Notes under the pieces: model-generated | Database searches by the model: none | Told to the model about the DNA's origin: nothing | The model's input: only the letters and a program-made list of their open reading frames with translations | Program-made: the position numbers and the translations under genes | Shown here: piece after piece, positions 29,127-39,520 of the stretch | How positions within the stretch are numbered: position 1 is the first letter of the stretch | How the letters are laid out: each line of letters starts with the position of its first letter | DNA from: Candidatus Saccharimonadia bacterium | GTDB taxonomy: Bacteria; Patescibacteriota; SICC01 | Direction of reading: 5' to 3' | Length of the DNA stretch: 64,000 bases | Assembly: GCA_025449535.1 (NCBI GenBank) | Contig: JANWJF010000001.1 | Span: 303,344 to 367,343 of the forward strand

Positions 29127-29330
29127 ATGGCAACTGTCATCATTTCTTACCTGGTGTACCTGCTCGCCATTGCCGGATTCGCGGTCGCCGGGATTTACCA
29201 CGCCCGGAAGTTCGGATTCCCTGGGGACAAGACCACCCTGGCCTCCGGTATCTACCTGTTCGCGCTGATCGTCATCATCATCGGCACCTTCGTCACCCTG
29301 GGCGGCGTCCAAGTCTCGGGAGGAGTTTGA
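29127..29330 (+). CDS. Small two-TM membrane protein
   Basis: Two hydrophobic helices; coupled to the next gene. Confidence 0.7.
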   Translation: MATVIISYLVYLLAIAGFAVAGIYHARKFGFPGDKTTLASGIYLFALIVIIIGTFVTLGGVQVSGGV

Positions 29331-30043
29331 TGGAGTACTTCCCCGGCCAACGCCCCGACGAGAAGATCCTGACGATCGCCCGGCCCCACTGGCTGAACCT
29401 GCTGCCCGCCATCCTGATGACCCTCCTATTGGCCCTGGCGCCGATCGGCGCCTTGATAGTGATCTCGGTGAGCGGCTTCGAACTGGACGGCCTGGACAAT
29501 GCCGTGGCCACGGCGGTCGTTTCTGCGTACTACCTGGCGTTGGTCACGTACTTCTACATCCGCTGGCTCGACTTCTACCTCGACGTCGCGATCGTGACCT
29601 CGGACCGGATCGTGGACATCGACCAGAACGGCCTGTTCCGCCGGACCATCGATGAACTCGACTGCAAGATGATCCAGGACGTCAGCGCCGCCAAGCACGG
29701 CATCCTGCAAACGCTCTTCAATTTCGGCACCGTGGAGATCCAGACCGCCGGCGAACGCCGGAACTTTACCTTCGACGGCGTACCGGACCCCAACCATGTA
29801 CAGCAACTCGTGGCCAAGGCCCAGGGCATGGGCGAGGCCGAGGAACAGGCGGATACCGCCAAGGAGAACGCGGAAGCCGCGGCGGCCAAGGCCAAGGAAG
29901 CCGCGGAAGCGGCGAAAGCGGCGGCCCGGGCTACTAAGGCAAAGGCCGCAGCCGATCAGCCCGCTTCTCCGGCGGACGGAACGAAGAAGCCGGAAAGCTC
30001 GAAGTCGCTCGACTCGCAGGACCTGCCGCGAGAATTCGAGTAG
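29330..30043 (+). CDS. Membrane protein with bacterial PH domain
   Basis: IVTSDRIVDIDQ, IQDVS, FNFGTVEIQTAG. Confidence 0.85.
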   Translation: MEYFPGQRPDEKILTIARPHWLNLLPAILMTLLLALAPIGALIVISVSGFELDGLDNAVATAVVSAYYLALVTYFYIRWLDFYLDVAIVTSDRIVDIDQNGLFRRTIDELDCKMIQDVSAAKHGILQTLFNFGTVEIQTAGERRNFTFDGVPDPNHVQQLVAKAQGMGEAEEQADTAKENAEAAAAKAKEAAEAAKAAARATKAKAAADQPASPADGTKKPESSKSLDSQDLPREFE

Positions 30044-30862
30044 CTACCGTTCCGTCGAAAAACTGATCCCGGAACTGGAGATCGTCGCCGTGACGGTCCC
30101 GTGCCGGTCCGTCCGCACTACCCGACAACCAGACGCGCCCAACCGCCGTACGGTATCCGGATTAGGATGACCATAAGTATTGCCCGTGCCGGAAGAAACG
30201 ATACACCACGTTGGGCTTGTCTCCTTGATGAACTCATCGGTCGAGGACGTCCGACTGCCATGATGCGGCACTTTCAGCACCTCGGTGTCCAACCCGGGGC
30301 GGCCGAGCAAACGACGTTCCTCGGCTTCTTCCGCGTCTCCGGGAAAAAGGAACGAACGACCATGCAGCGTGACTCGGACCACGACCGACGCGTCATTCGC
30401 GTTTTCGTAGCGTCTTCGTTGCCGGGCCGTCGGTTCGAGTATCTCGACCGTGCCGCCATGGATTCCCACCCGCTGTCCCGCCGCCGTAACGAGTCTGCTA
30501 TGTGAGTCGGCCTCCACGACCAAACGTTCGTACGGCCCGTCTCCCGCCTGGTTCACGAGCACCGTCCCGACGTCGTACCGGGCGATGACGTCGACCAAGC
30601 CGCCATAATGATCCAGGTGCGGGTGGCTCAGGATGACCAGCTCTATCCTCCGATCGAACCGCGGCATCGCCTTGCCTAGACCGCGCAATACGGCACGGTC
30701 AGGCCCGCCGTCGATCAAGATTTGCGTTCCGTGGCCGTCATCCACCAAGGCGGCATCCCCCTGTCCGACATCAAAGAAACGGACGGTGGCCCGCGAATCG
30801 GAAGCTGTTGTCCAGATACTGAACGCCAAGACGCCGACGATCGCGATGGCTGCCTTAAACAT
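30044..30862 (-). CDS. ComEC/Rec2 MBL domain protein
   Basis: DVGQGDA, SHPHLDH, KVPHHGS, YGHP, RTD. Confidence 0.92.
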   Translation of the reverse strand: MFKAAIAIVGVLAFSIWTTASDSRATVRFFDVGQGDAALVDDGHGTQILIDGGPDRAVLRGLGKAMPRFDRRIELVILSHPHLDHYGGLVDVIARYDVGTVLVNQAGDGPYERLVVEADSHSRLVTAAGQRVGIHGGTVEILEPTARQRRRYENANDASVVVRVTLHGRSFLFPGDAEEAEERRLLGRPGLDTEVLKVPHHGSRTSSTDEFIKETSPTWCIVSSGTGNTYGHPNPDTVRRLGASGCRVVRTDRHGTVTATISSSGISFSTER

Positions 30863-32234
30863 GCGCCCTTGGCCTCAGGCGGACCGCACAAAGCCCGACG
30901 GTCGCGGCGAGCAGCAACGCTATCGGACCTTTCAGGTTCCCGAACGAGACGGATGCTACCGGTAACGCGGCGGTACGTTCTACGCCAGCCAGCAACAGCT
31001 CCGTAGCCGCGGCAACGAGTACCGCTGGCCACGCGGCCACCCCCGGCAAGACGAACGAGATAGCGGTACCGACGAACCCGCCGAGCATGAGCAAAGGGAT
31101 CGCCGGCACCACGAACAGGTTCGTCAAAGGAGCCACCAGGCTGGCCGTCCCGAACGTCAGGGCGATGAGCGGCGCGGTCGTGATGCCGGCGGCCAACGTC
31201 CCAGAGACGATGCCGCTGACGGAGTCCGGAACCCATGGCAGACGGGTTCGGATCCCCGGTTCCAGCCACAGGATGCCGAGCGTGGCCAAGAAGGAAAGGT
31301 CGAATCCCAGGTCGTATCGCAACGCATGGGGTTGCAACAGCAACATTCCCGCGGCCGTCAGGACCGTGGCGAACATCGCCGCTTGGGGACGCCCAAAAAG
31401 CTGACCTAACAACAGGAAACCTCCCATCAGTGCGGCCCGTGCCACCGATGCGGAAGGTCCCACCATGAGCACGAAGCACGCTATCAAGAGCAACGAGATG
31501 ACCAGCGCCGCTGGCTTCCGACCCAGTACCCAGACGATCGCCGTGATGATGATACTGATATTGAACCCGGACAGCGCGAGGATATGCGTGGTGCCGGTCC
31601 GGCGGAACGCCTCGATGTGAGCGTCCGACAACGTCGACCTTTCGCCTATCAGGATACCCAGCATGAAGCCGGCCGTCGGTTCGGGAAAAGTACGCTCGAC
31701 TTGCCGTACCCAGGTCCTGCGGACGGCATAGAACAAACGGCTGACCGTGAGATGGCTTCCTTCGACCCGGACGTCGGCTCGGCGCAGTATCGAATGGATA
31801 CCGTCCTTCGCAAGGTAGCTACGATAGTCGAACTCATCGTCAGCCTTCGGCTCGGTCAGCTGCCCCGTCACCGATACCCGGTCACCCGGTGATAACTCGG
31901 AAAACGGATCAGTCCTGACTAATGTCCTGCCGTTCCGTCCCATCGTCTCGCCGGTCACCACGAACTGCTGGTACTCACCGCGATGCTCGGGGAACGAATC
32001 GACAACGCCGAGTATCGTTCGTTCCGTTCCCGCCACCGTGACAAGGTCGGAGACCGGCGGATCCAAAGGACTTACTAGTATCCGTAGTGCGCCGATCGCC
32101 ACACCCAGGGCCGCCAACGGGCGCCAACCCAGCAGAACCAAGCCCATCCCGACTGCGACGGCGGCCGGCAACCAGGACGCCAAGGCCACGCCGATAATCA
32201 CACCTGATGCCAATAGTAAGGCTGGTTGCTTCAT
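30855..32234 (-). CDS. comEC: ComEC/Rec2 competence channel
   Basis: HILALSGFNI, SVARA, GFDLSFLAT. Confidence 0.92.
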   Translation of the reverse strand: MKQPALLLASGVIIGVALASWLPAAVAVGMGLVLLGWRPLAALGVAIGALRILVSPLDPPVSDLVTVAGTERTILGVVDSFPEHRGEYQQFVVTGETMGRNGRTLVRTDPFSELSPGDRVSVTGQLTEPKADDEFDYRSYLAKDGIHSILRRADVRVEGSHLTVSRLFYAVRRTWVRQVERTFPEPTAGFMLGILIGERSTLSDAHIEAFRRTGTTHILALSGFNISIIITAIVWVLGRKPAALVISLLLIACFVLMVGPSASVARAALMGGFLLLGQLFGRPQAAMFATVLTAAGMLLLQPHALRYDLGFDLSFLATLGILWLEPGIRTRLPWVPDSVSGIVSGTLAAGITTAPLIALTFGTASLVAPLTNLFVVPAIPLLMLGGFVGTAISFVLPGVAAWPAVLVAAATELLLAGVERTAALPVASVSFGNLKGPIALLLAATVGLCAVRLRPRAHV

Positions 32235-32363
32235 GCAACCATCTTACAGTACGGCAGCTTGCTAATCAGTCACGCAAGATTGCACGGATCGTCTCGTCCG
32301 CCAGCCGCTTGGTCCCCGGTTCGTCCCGGACCGTCTCCGGGGAGTCCGTCCTTTCACCCATGG

Positions 32364-35300
32364 TTACAGCGTACCGACGCTGGCGCCGGTGTAGTAGAAC
32401 TGCAGGATCTGGGCGTAGCTCTGTCCGCTCAAGGCGCGACGGTAGGCTCCCCACTGGCTCATGCCGATGCCGTGGCCGAAGCCCTTCCCGTTGAACACGA
32501 AGTTGTTCCCGCTCTTGCTGACGCTGGTCACCTGCGAGGACGGCAGTCCGAGGCGACTGCGGTGGGTATCCGCGGTCAGGGTGTAGTCGTGGTTACCGCA
32601 GCTGCCGGCCAGGCGGACCGTCCGCATTCGGTCGCCCGGGTGCTTGGAGATGATACCGACGCCGGTCACCGTGCAGCCGAAGCCGTAGTTCGAACGGATC
32701 GTCTCGCGCGAGGTAGTGTCCGGCCAGAGATGGTCGGTGTCACCGACCTGCGAGAAGGAGTCGGCCTTGCCGCGGAGATAGCTGATCGGCGAGCCGCCCC
32801 AGACGTCCTCGTTGTCCGCGGTATGACCGGCCGCGTTCGAGCTGTAGAACGCTTGCACCAGCGAGCCGCTGTACTTGACCACCTTGCCGTTGGTGGCGCC
32901 GACCGCCGTGACGTGGTTCGGCTTGGCGGTCTCGTTGTTGTACCCGTTGTAGACCTGGTCCCGGGTATCATCGTAAAGATCGAAGCTGTCCGCACGTGGA
33001 CTTTGGATCTTCCGAGCCGCGTAGGTCCGGGCCGCCGTCACCTGCGCCTTGATCGCCTCTATCGGCCAGCCGTCCGGGACTTCGCCGAGGCCACGCAGGT
33101 ACTCCTCGAGGTTGACCGAGTTCACCAGGTGAGTGCCGGCGCTGCCGGTACGGATCGCCATCGACCCGCGGAAGTAGTCCTGGCTGGCGTTGTCCGCCAG
33201 GTTCGTCACCACGAACCGGTTGCCCGGCGCCTGCTCGGCCGTGAGGATGCAGCAGGAGTTGACCGTCCCGCTCGGCAGGACCGCCTGGTAGTTCGAACCG
33301 TCCTTGCGCAGGGTGAAGTTCGTGGCCGGGGCGACGGTGCCGCGATTGGCCCCGTTGATGTCACGGATGGTGACGGTGTTCGTGCCCCGCATGGTGGCGC
33401 TGGACTGCGCGGTCAAGGCGACATCGATCGGGTTCTCGATCGTGATCGACCAATGGATGCCGATGTCCTTCATCCAGCCGACGCCGTTCACGACCGGCCG
33501 GAAGTACTCCTTGTACGTACCCGGACCGGGGTTGGCGACAATGTCGAACTCGAACTCACCGATCTCGCCCGGTGCCACGCTGGTCTCGCCGCCGACGTTC
33601 TTGGCGGGATCGGTCACGTTGCTCCCCAGCTTCACCCGGTTGGAACTGAGCCAGCCGGCCGCCGTGCCGCCGTCGGAGAAACCGCTGCCGCGGTCCTGCG
33701 GACGGTCGGTCCCTAGCCGGACCGGCGTATCGCCGTCGGACTGCCAAGTGGTATACCCCATGTTCCGCAAGCGGATGAAGAGGGTATCGGTCTCATCCTG
33801 CGACAGATACCGGTAATGCGAGGCCTTGCTCACGTAGTCGTAGTCGTAGGCACGCGTCGGCACCGTCTGCGTCCAGGACAAGCCCAGGTCGTGCTGCCAG
33901 CCGAAGTTCTCGATGACCGAGCTAAAGTATTCGGTGTACTTTCCGCCCTTGGCCGGTGCTTTCAAATCGAACGACCAACGGGCAGTCTCCCCCGGAGCGA
34001 TCGCGTTGCCCGGCGTCACCGTGCCGTCCTCGACCTTACCGACAAACTTGCCGAGCCGATTACGTGACTGCCAGGTCGCGCTGTCGTACCACGCGCTATT
34101 GTGGTCCATCGGCTTGATGGTCCCGATGTTCATGTCATAAGCCGTGTCGTTGCGCCAGGTGGCGGTGCCGATGTTCTTCACGTCCGCCGTGACCGTGCTC
34201 TTCTCTCCCGGGGTAACAACCGAAGGCGGGTTGGTCTTGTCGACCAGCTGTCCGCGGTAGAACCGGCCCGGCACCGTCGTGGTGATGTACTTCGAATGGT
34301 CTTCGAGCCAGGTGACGCCGTCGATCACCGGCTGGAAGTACTCGCGCAGGGTCGCGGTGGAGGTCCGCGGCGGCGAGGTCATCGTGAAGGCGAACCGGGC
34401 GGTCTCCCCGGACTGGATGGTATCGGTCGTCGTGACACTACCGTTACTCTCGACCCGTCCCGTGAAGCTGGTGACGCGGTTCTTGGACTGCCAAGAAGCG
34501 TTGTAGAACGGCGACTTGTGGTCCTTGGGGTGGCTAGTGCCGAGCCGGATCGCGTCCGCACCGGTGTTCGACCAGGGTTCCAGGCCGACGTTCTTGTAAT
34601 CAACGTAGACCGATCGGTCGGTACCGGAGGTCGCGGAAGCGGACGCCGACTGCCGCACCCACTCCGCGGAGTATTCCTTCACCATGGCTTGCGCCCCGTT
34701 GGCGTCCAGCCGGCCATGACCGTAGAGGTTCGTCCGGGACGCGCCGTTCATCCCGGACACCGTGTCCGCGGAACTCCGCAGGACGGTCCGGACCCGCGAC
34801 CAGGAGATGTCCGGATCCAACGCCCGGAGCAGGCCCGCTACGCCGGCCACGTGCGGCGCGGCCAGGGAGGTACCCGATGCCGAGACGTAGCTGGTGTTCC
34901 CGAGCCCCGCGCCACGAACGCTGGAACCGGGAGCGACCAGGTCCAGCTGCGAGCCGCCGTTCGAGTACCCCGCCCGGGCGTCCGAGGATCCGGTCGCGCC
35001 GACGGAGATCACGCTCGGGTTGATCGCCGGGTAGTTAATCGAGTTCGTGTACCCGTCGTTGCCGGACGCCGCCACGAGGATCGTCCCGTCCGCGATCGCC
35101 TCGGTGATGGCCTGGTCGGTCATCGCTTCGGAAGTGAGTCCGTCCGCACCGAGGCTCATGTTCGCTACGTCCGCACCGACGACTCCCGCGTACCGGACGC
35201 CTTCCGCGACATCCGAGAAGAACCCGTTGCCGGCGGAGTTAAGCACCTTGATCGCGATGATCTTCGCGTTCCAGTCGACGCCGGCAACGCCGAGGCCGTT

Positions 35301-36053
35301 GTCCGTCTCAGCGGCAAAGACGGACGCCGTCAGCGTCCCGTGGCCGTTGTCGTCGGTAGGACCGTTCGCGTCGTTCTTGAACACGCTGAGCACGTGGGTC
35401 CCGTTAACGAAGTCCATGCCGTCGTGATCGTCGATATATCCGTTGCCGTCGTCGTCGAGGTTGTTATCGGGAGTCTCGTCGTCGTTCGTCCACATCTTGG
35501 CGGTAAGGTCCTGGTGCGAGGCGTTCACGCCGGTGTCGATGCTGGCGATGGTCGTCGAGCTCGACCCCACGGTACGGTCCCAGGCGGCCGGCGCCTTGAT
35601 CTTAGGCAGGGCCCACTGGTTCGGGTAATGTGGATCGTCCGGGGTACGGGAAGCGGTGACGACGAAGTCCGGCGTCGCGCTGCGGACACCCGGCAGCGCC
35701 GAGACCCGGTCGTCGGCTTGCTCGACCGGTTCGTCGATGGACAGTAAATACGTATCGGGAATAGTAGTCCCGGTCAGGCGGTCGCCGAACTGCTGCTTCG
35801 CCGCTTCATCCCGCAGACGGACGACCAGCCGACCCTTCGCGGCCTTGGTCCGCTTGCCGTTCTTGAGCGTGACCGTCTCCAGCGGCTGGCCGTGTACTTC
35901 GGTCAACTTGTTGATTGCGTCGCCTGCCTGCCGGACGGACGGTTCCTTCTCGACCGGTGCGTCGGGAGCCTTTCCGAGTACCGTGATGGCCGCTATGCCC
36001 ATTAGCCCGACGACGGCCGCGGTGAATACCTTCTGTAGGACGTTTGTTTTCAT
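32364..36053 (-). CDS. S8 subtilase + three Ig-like repeats + SpoIID/LytB domain
   Basis: IDTG/HGT/GTSLAAPHV triad; repeats N.G...W...GT..P.D...W.S.NR...GE...F; LEEYLRG..EVP, AARTYA, DQVY, GHGIGMSQWGA. Confidence 0.9.
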   Translation of the reverse strand: MKTNVLQKVFTAAVVGLMGIAAITVLGKAPDAPVEKEPSVRQAGDAINKLTEVHGQPLETVTLKNGKRTKAAKGRLVVRLRDEAAKQQFGDRLTGTTIPDTYLLSIDEPVEQADDRVSALPGVRSATPDFVVTASRTPDDPHYPNQWALPKIKAPAAWDRTVGSSSTTIASIDTGVNASHQDLTAKMWTNDDETPDNNLDDDGNGYIDDHDGMDFVNGTHVLSVFKNDANGPTDDNGHGTLTASVFAAETDNGLGVAGVDWNAKIIAIKVLNSAGNGFFSDVAEGVRYAGVVGADVANMSLGADGLTSEAMTDQAITEAIADGTILVAASGNDGYTNSINYPAINPSVISVGATGSSDARAGYSNGGSQLDLVAPGSSVRGAGLGNTSYVSASGTSLAAPHVAGVAGLLRALDPDISWSRVRTVLRSSADTVSGMNGASRTNLYGHGRLDANGAQAMVKEYSAEWVRQSASASATSGTDRSVYVDYKNVGLEPWSNTGADAIRLGTSHPKDHKSPFYNASWQSKNRVTSFTGRVESNGSVTTTDTIQSGETARFAFTMTSPPRTSTATLREYFQPVIDGVTWLEDHSKYITTTVPGRFYRGQLVDKTNPPSVVTPGEKSTVTADVKNIGTATWRNDTAYDMNIGTIKPMDHNSAWYDSATWQSRNRLGKFVGKVEDGTVTPGNAIAPGETARWSFDLKAPAKGGKYTEYFSSVIENFGWQHDLGLSWTQTVPTRAYDYDYVSKASHYRYLSQDETDTLFIRLRNMGYTTWQSDGDTPVRLGTDRPQDRGSGFSDGGTAAGWLSSNRVKLGSNVTDPAKNVGGETSVAPGEIGEFEFDIVANPGPGTYKEYFRPVVNGVGWMKDIGIHWSITIENPIDVALTAQSSATMRGTNTVTIRDINGANRGTVAPATNFTLRKDGSNYQAVLPSGTVNSCCILTAEQAPGNRFVVTNLADNASQDYFRGSMAIRTGSAGTHLVNSVNLEEYLRGLGEVPDGWPIEAIKAQVTAARTYAARKIQSPRADSFDLYDDTRDQVYNGYNNETAKPNHVTAVGATNGKVVKYSGSLVQAFYSSNAAGHTADNEDVWGGSPISYLRGKADSFSQVGDTDHLWPDTTSRETIRSNYGFGCTVTGVGIISKHPGDRMRTVRLAGSCGNHDYTLTADTHRSRLGLPSSQVTSVSKSGNNFVFNGKGFGHGIGMSQWGAYRRALSGQSYAQILQFYYTGASVGTL

Positions 36054-36142
36054 GTGTGGAAAATTGCCTTAATATAGCAAAAAATGAACCCTCTGTCAAG
36101 CCCCCAGACGCCCGGGGCGTCTCGTATTGGTATCCTGGTCCC

Positions 36143-36685
36143 GTGACTGATAAACCGACCATCCTCTACGGCCTGGGCGTAATCGTCTTAGACGATCTCT
36201 CGCTCAGCGTCGACGACATCGCCGAGGGACTCGAGCGCTCTCCCGATGACGTCGCCGCGGCGATCGCGGATTCCAAGCCCGCTTACGACCGCGGGGAGAT
36301 CACGCAGGTCGAGCACTGGGGTCGCGCGGCGCTGAAGCTCGCCCTGGAGGACGTGGACGTCCTGCAGGCGTTCGCGATCAACGCCGCGACCGTGGACCAA
36401 CAGGTGCTCGGGAAGATCCGGGTCCAGTCGGCGAGCCATGTGCTCGGGCTGGTCTCCGACGCCACGCCGGACTTCGTCGGGCAGTTCCGGAAGCGCTATC
36501 AGCTGGACGAGCTGCTGCACGTCCATGTGATCGGTTCCGAACTGGACGAGGAGCGCGACTACGCGGGTTTACTCCGGCTCTCGGCCGAGCGGCTACAGGC
36601 GACACCGGGCGACATCACGTTCGTCGATCGGAAGCCCGCGCACGTCGAAGCTGCCCGGACGCTCGGGTTCCGGGTTCCGGGCTAG
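36143..36685 (+). CDS. HAD-like protein, degenerate catalytic motif
   Basis: FVDRKPAHVEAARTLG C-terminal motif; N-terminal DxD absent. Confidence 0.65.
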   Translation: MTDKPTILYGLGVIVLDDLSLSVDDIAEGLERSPDDVAAAIADSKPAYDRGEITQVEHWGRAALKLALEDVDVLQAFAINAATVDQQVLGKIRVQSASHVLGLVSDATPDFVGQFRKRYQLDELLHVHVIGSELDEERDYAGLLRLSAERLQATPGDITFVDRKPAHVEAARTLGFRVPG

Positions 36686-36691
36686 GAGTTC

Positions 36692-37402
36692 CTACCGCAA
36701 CCGTCGGCCGACTCGCCTGATGCGTTCAAGCTCGGCGGCTTCCTTGTCCTCCTCGTAGACAGGCTCGCCATCGGGGTCGGGCGCTTCGCTGCAATTCGGG
36801 CAGTACGGTTTTTGTTCCGTGACCACGCGACCCGGTCCGGCCAGGGGCATCGCCTTCAGGCGGACGGGGTGGCGTACTTCCGCGGCGGCGACCATGGTGC
36901 CGCAGTGATGCATCCAACGGGAGGTCTCCGGATCGAACACCGACTCCGCCAGCACCGGATCCTCGGTATCGACGTCATCCGGGGTGCCCTCGAACTCCTT
37001 GTGGACGCTCTGCGCGTCGATCTCCTGGATGCCCAGGATCTCCGAGGCACGGACGCCGACCCTGCGCGTCACTTCGTCACGGTCGGTGGTGGCATCCGCC
37101 GGCTGCTCGACGGTCGGGTCGAAATACCCGTTCGGAGGCATCGGAGCCTGCTCGGCAAAGTCCTCCAGCTCCTCCTCGACGGACGTACCGAGCCGCGAGG
37201 AGAACCGGGCGACCTCTTGTCCGGTCTTCATGACGCAGAACGGGCCGACGTCGCCCGGATTCAGCACGGGACAATCATGCGGGAAGAACCGGCATGGCTC
37301 CCGTTCGTCCATGCGCTCCCGATGCTGGGCCACGGTGTCGACGCCGTCCATGAAGTCCCCTTCACAGACGCTGCCATCCTCGATGAGTTTCTTGTCGCGC
37401 AT
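36692..37402 (-). CDS. Acidic hypothetical protein with Cys pairs (possible Zn ribbon)
   Basis: HHCG...YCPNC; ATG 37402. Confidence 0.6.
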   Translation of the reverse strand: MRDKKLIEDGSVCEGDFMDGVDTVAQHRERMDEREPCRFFPHDCPVLNPGDVGPFCVMKTGQEVARFSSRLGTSVEEELEDFAEQAPMPPNGYFDPTVEQPADATTDRDEVTRRVGVRASEILGIQEIDAQSVHKEFEGTPDDVDTEDPVLAESVFDPETSRWMHHCGTMVAAAEVRHPVRLKAMPLAGPGRVVTEQKPYCPNCSEAPDPDGEPVYEEDKEAAELERIRRVGRRLR

Positions 37403-37412
37403 GGCGAACGAG

Positions 37413-37892
37413 TTACGACTCGTACCAGAACGCGTCGGTCCGGCGGATGGTGAACGCGTAGGCGCCGGCCAGCCCGGATACCACGAGCAGCATCCAAAGC
37501 GGCCAGAGCGGCTGCGGCTCCCTTGTCGCACCGGCTACTTCCACCTTGGTCGTAGCGGGATTGACCGTGGCTGGCTTCTTTTCCTTGACTGCCGACTTCT
37601 TCTTTTCAGGCTCGCTCACGGCCTGCTGGTCAGTCTGGGATGCGGATTGTACTTGGCTTGAATTGAAATTCGTTTGGGGCGGTGCTGCTTGAGCATTCTT
37701 TTGTACAGCATGGCTGGTACTACCAGTACTTGGAGGTCGGCCACTGCAGTCAGGAGGACCGTAATACACTGGGTCACCCCCACAGTTCGTCACGAATTGA
37801 ACCGGCTCCTCGGCTTGCGCCGTACCCACGCCGACTACCCCCGCGAGCAGGAACGCGAAAAGGACGGCAGATATGTTTCGGGCTTTCTTCAT
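37413..37892 (-). CDS. Secreted protein with C-terminal membrane anchor
   Basis: Signal peptide; low-complexity linker; TM followed by RR. Confidence 0.7.
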   Translation of the reverse strand: MKKARNISAVLFAFLLAGVVGVGTAQAEEPVQFVTNCGGDPVYYGPPDCSGRPPSTGSTSHAVQKNAQAAPPQTNFNSSQVQSASQTDQQAVSEPEKKKSAVKEKKPATVNPATTKVEVAGATREPQPLWPLWMLLVVSGLAGAYAFTIRRTDAFWYES

Positions 37893-37965
37893 CTGTCGGT
37901 CGTCATCAGGCCATTTATGCCTGAGCAATGGGACTATACGCTCGTGTTCACGCGATTGCAAGGGA

Positions 37966-38553
37966 CTATTCGACGGGTACCGCGCGCACTACGAACCGCT
38001 TAGAGTCCAACCAGCCCGAGCAGGTGTAGACCGTCAGGACTTCCTTCTTGGTCGGCGCCAGGACGCCCACCTGGTCGGTCGTCACTTCCTTCAGGCTCGT
38101 AATCCGGTACTCGTGCTTCCGACCGCCCTTGGTCGTGAGTACGACACGCTCGTTCCCCTCCAGGCCGAGGAGCGGCCCGAAGACGTCCTTCGTGTTGTGT
38201 CCGTAGACGATGATGTTGCCCTTCTCGTCCGGTTTGGCGGAACCGTTCATGTAAGAGCCGGCGTGCTTGGCGACGGTCCACTCCCCGTTCTCGTACTTCT
38301 GCGGTTCGAGCTTCTCGTCCACCACGCCAGAAATCCGCAGTCGGACCGGTCGGGTCGAATCAGTCGATTCCGCGGCTACCGGCGCTGCCACTCTAGGCTG
38401 GAGCGCTCGGTCATAATAATAGTTGTTAGCGCCGCTATAGAGCAGTAGCGCCAAACCGACGACGATCAGCACTATCGGCCAGTGCCGCAGGAAGAACTTC
38501 GGAGCTGAATCCAAAGAGCGTCCTTTGCGTCGCGAGCGGGAACGCTTCGCCAT
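37966..38553 (-). CDS. Sortase
   Basis: N-terminal TM; NIIVYGHN; LTVYTCSG...KRFVV. Confidence 0.9.
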   Translation of the reverse strand: MAKRSRSRRKGRSLDSAPKFFLRHWPIVLIVVGLALLLYSGANNYYYDRALQPRVAAPVAAESTDSTRPVRLRISGVVDEKLEPQKYENGEWTVAKHAGSYMNGSAKPDEKGNIIVYGHNTKDVFGPLLGLEGNERVVLTTKGGRKHEYRITSLKEVTTDQVGVLAPTKKEVLTVYTCSGWLDSKRFVVRAVPVE

Positions 38554-38557
38554 GGAC

Positions 38558-39397
38558 TCAGTTCCGGAGTCGCCGTCGCGTGGCTGCGTACGCGCCGATG
38601 GAAACCAGCGTGGTGCCCAGACCGGCCAGCGAACCAAGTCCCGTGTCCGCAAAGCTGAGCGGGACAATGCTGCCGCCCGTGGCCGGGTCTGACGGATCAC
38701 TCACGCTTCCTTGGGAGTTCACGCCCGGATCATCGGTCGGATCGGGACTCCCTTGGGGATCCACGGTCGGGTCGGGATCAGGACTTCCCTGCGGGTCTGC
38801 GGTGGGATCCGGAGTCGGGGTGGGATCAGGACTTCCCTGCGGGTCTGCGGTCGGGTCAGGGGTAGGAGTGTCCGAGGGGGTTTCGGTGGGGGTCGGGGTC
38901 GGTTCCGGAGTCGGGGTACTTTCCACCTCTACCGTAGGAGTCGGGGTGGGGGTTTCGGTTGGAGTAGGAGTGTCGCTCGGTGTAGGCGTGGCAGAGGGAG
39001 TCGGGGTCGCAGAGGGACTCGGCGTGGTATAGATCAGGCAGTAGTGGATGTGGCTCAGCGCAGGAACCTGATTGCCACCATTCAGGGGAGTCACGCCAAT
39101 ACCAACCAAATAGTCGTACGTAGCTCCATTACCCCCTCCGTACAACTCGACCGTGCCGCTGATTCCGTCCTCCACGTTCCAAACCACTGTACCGGAGCCG
39201 GCCGGGGTCTCAGTGAACGTTATCGTAACCCCGTTGATTACTATCGAACCGTCGCCGCTCTCGGCCACCTTCGCGCAGCCGGGCCGGGTCTCGTTGTGGG
39301 CAAACGCGATCGTTCCAAACATTGTCGCCCCTACAAACACGGCGGCTGCCAGCAAGGCAGGCACCAACCGCTTTCGATATATCGCTCGTTCGCTCAT
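38558..39397 (-). CDS. Probable sortase substrate with PT-rich stalk
   Basis: Signal peptide; TP repeats; FADTG + hydrophobic stretch + RRRLRN. Confidence 0.8.
   Translation of the reverse strand: MSERAIYRKRLVPALLAAAVFVGATMFGTIAFAHNETRPGCAKVAESGDGSIVINGVTITFTETPAGSGTVVWNVEDGISGTVELYGGGNGATYDYLVGIGVTPLNGGNQVPALSHIHYCLIYTTPSPSATPTPSATPTPSDTPTPTETPTPTPTVEVESTPTPEPTPTPTETPSDTPTPDPTADPQGSPDPTPTPDPTADPQGSPDPDPTVDPQGSPDPTDDPGVNSQGSVSDPSDPATGGSIVPLSFADTGLGSLAGLGTTLVSIGAYAATRRRLRN
38720..39025 (-). repeat. Coding tandem repeats (TP)n and DPT(A/V)DPQGSP x3
   Basis: GGATCAGGACTTCCCTGCGGGTCTGCGGT occurs twice, plus degenerate copies. Confidence 0.85.
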
Positions 39398-39520
39398 AAA
39401 AATAAAAAACCGCCCAACGACATTCTTTTGGGCGACTTCCTTATTGCTCAGGTATTCTGTCCCCGATACGGCTGATTGTCAACAGATACCGTCACAAAGG
39501 GATTTTGAATCATTGGCCGC

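Noticed and set aside
34101-35747. Long plus-strand ORFs opposite the S8-SpoIID gene (also 32226-33716)
   Set aside because: Shadow ORFs from high-GC codon bias
38720-39025. Tandem repeats as a CRISPR array
   Set aside because: Coding PT/DPQGSP stalk repeats; no unique spacers or cas genes
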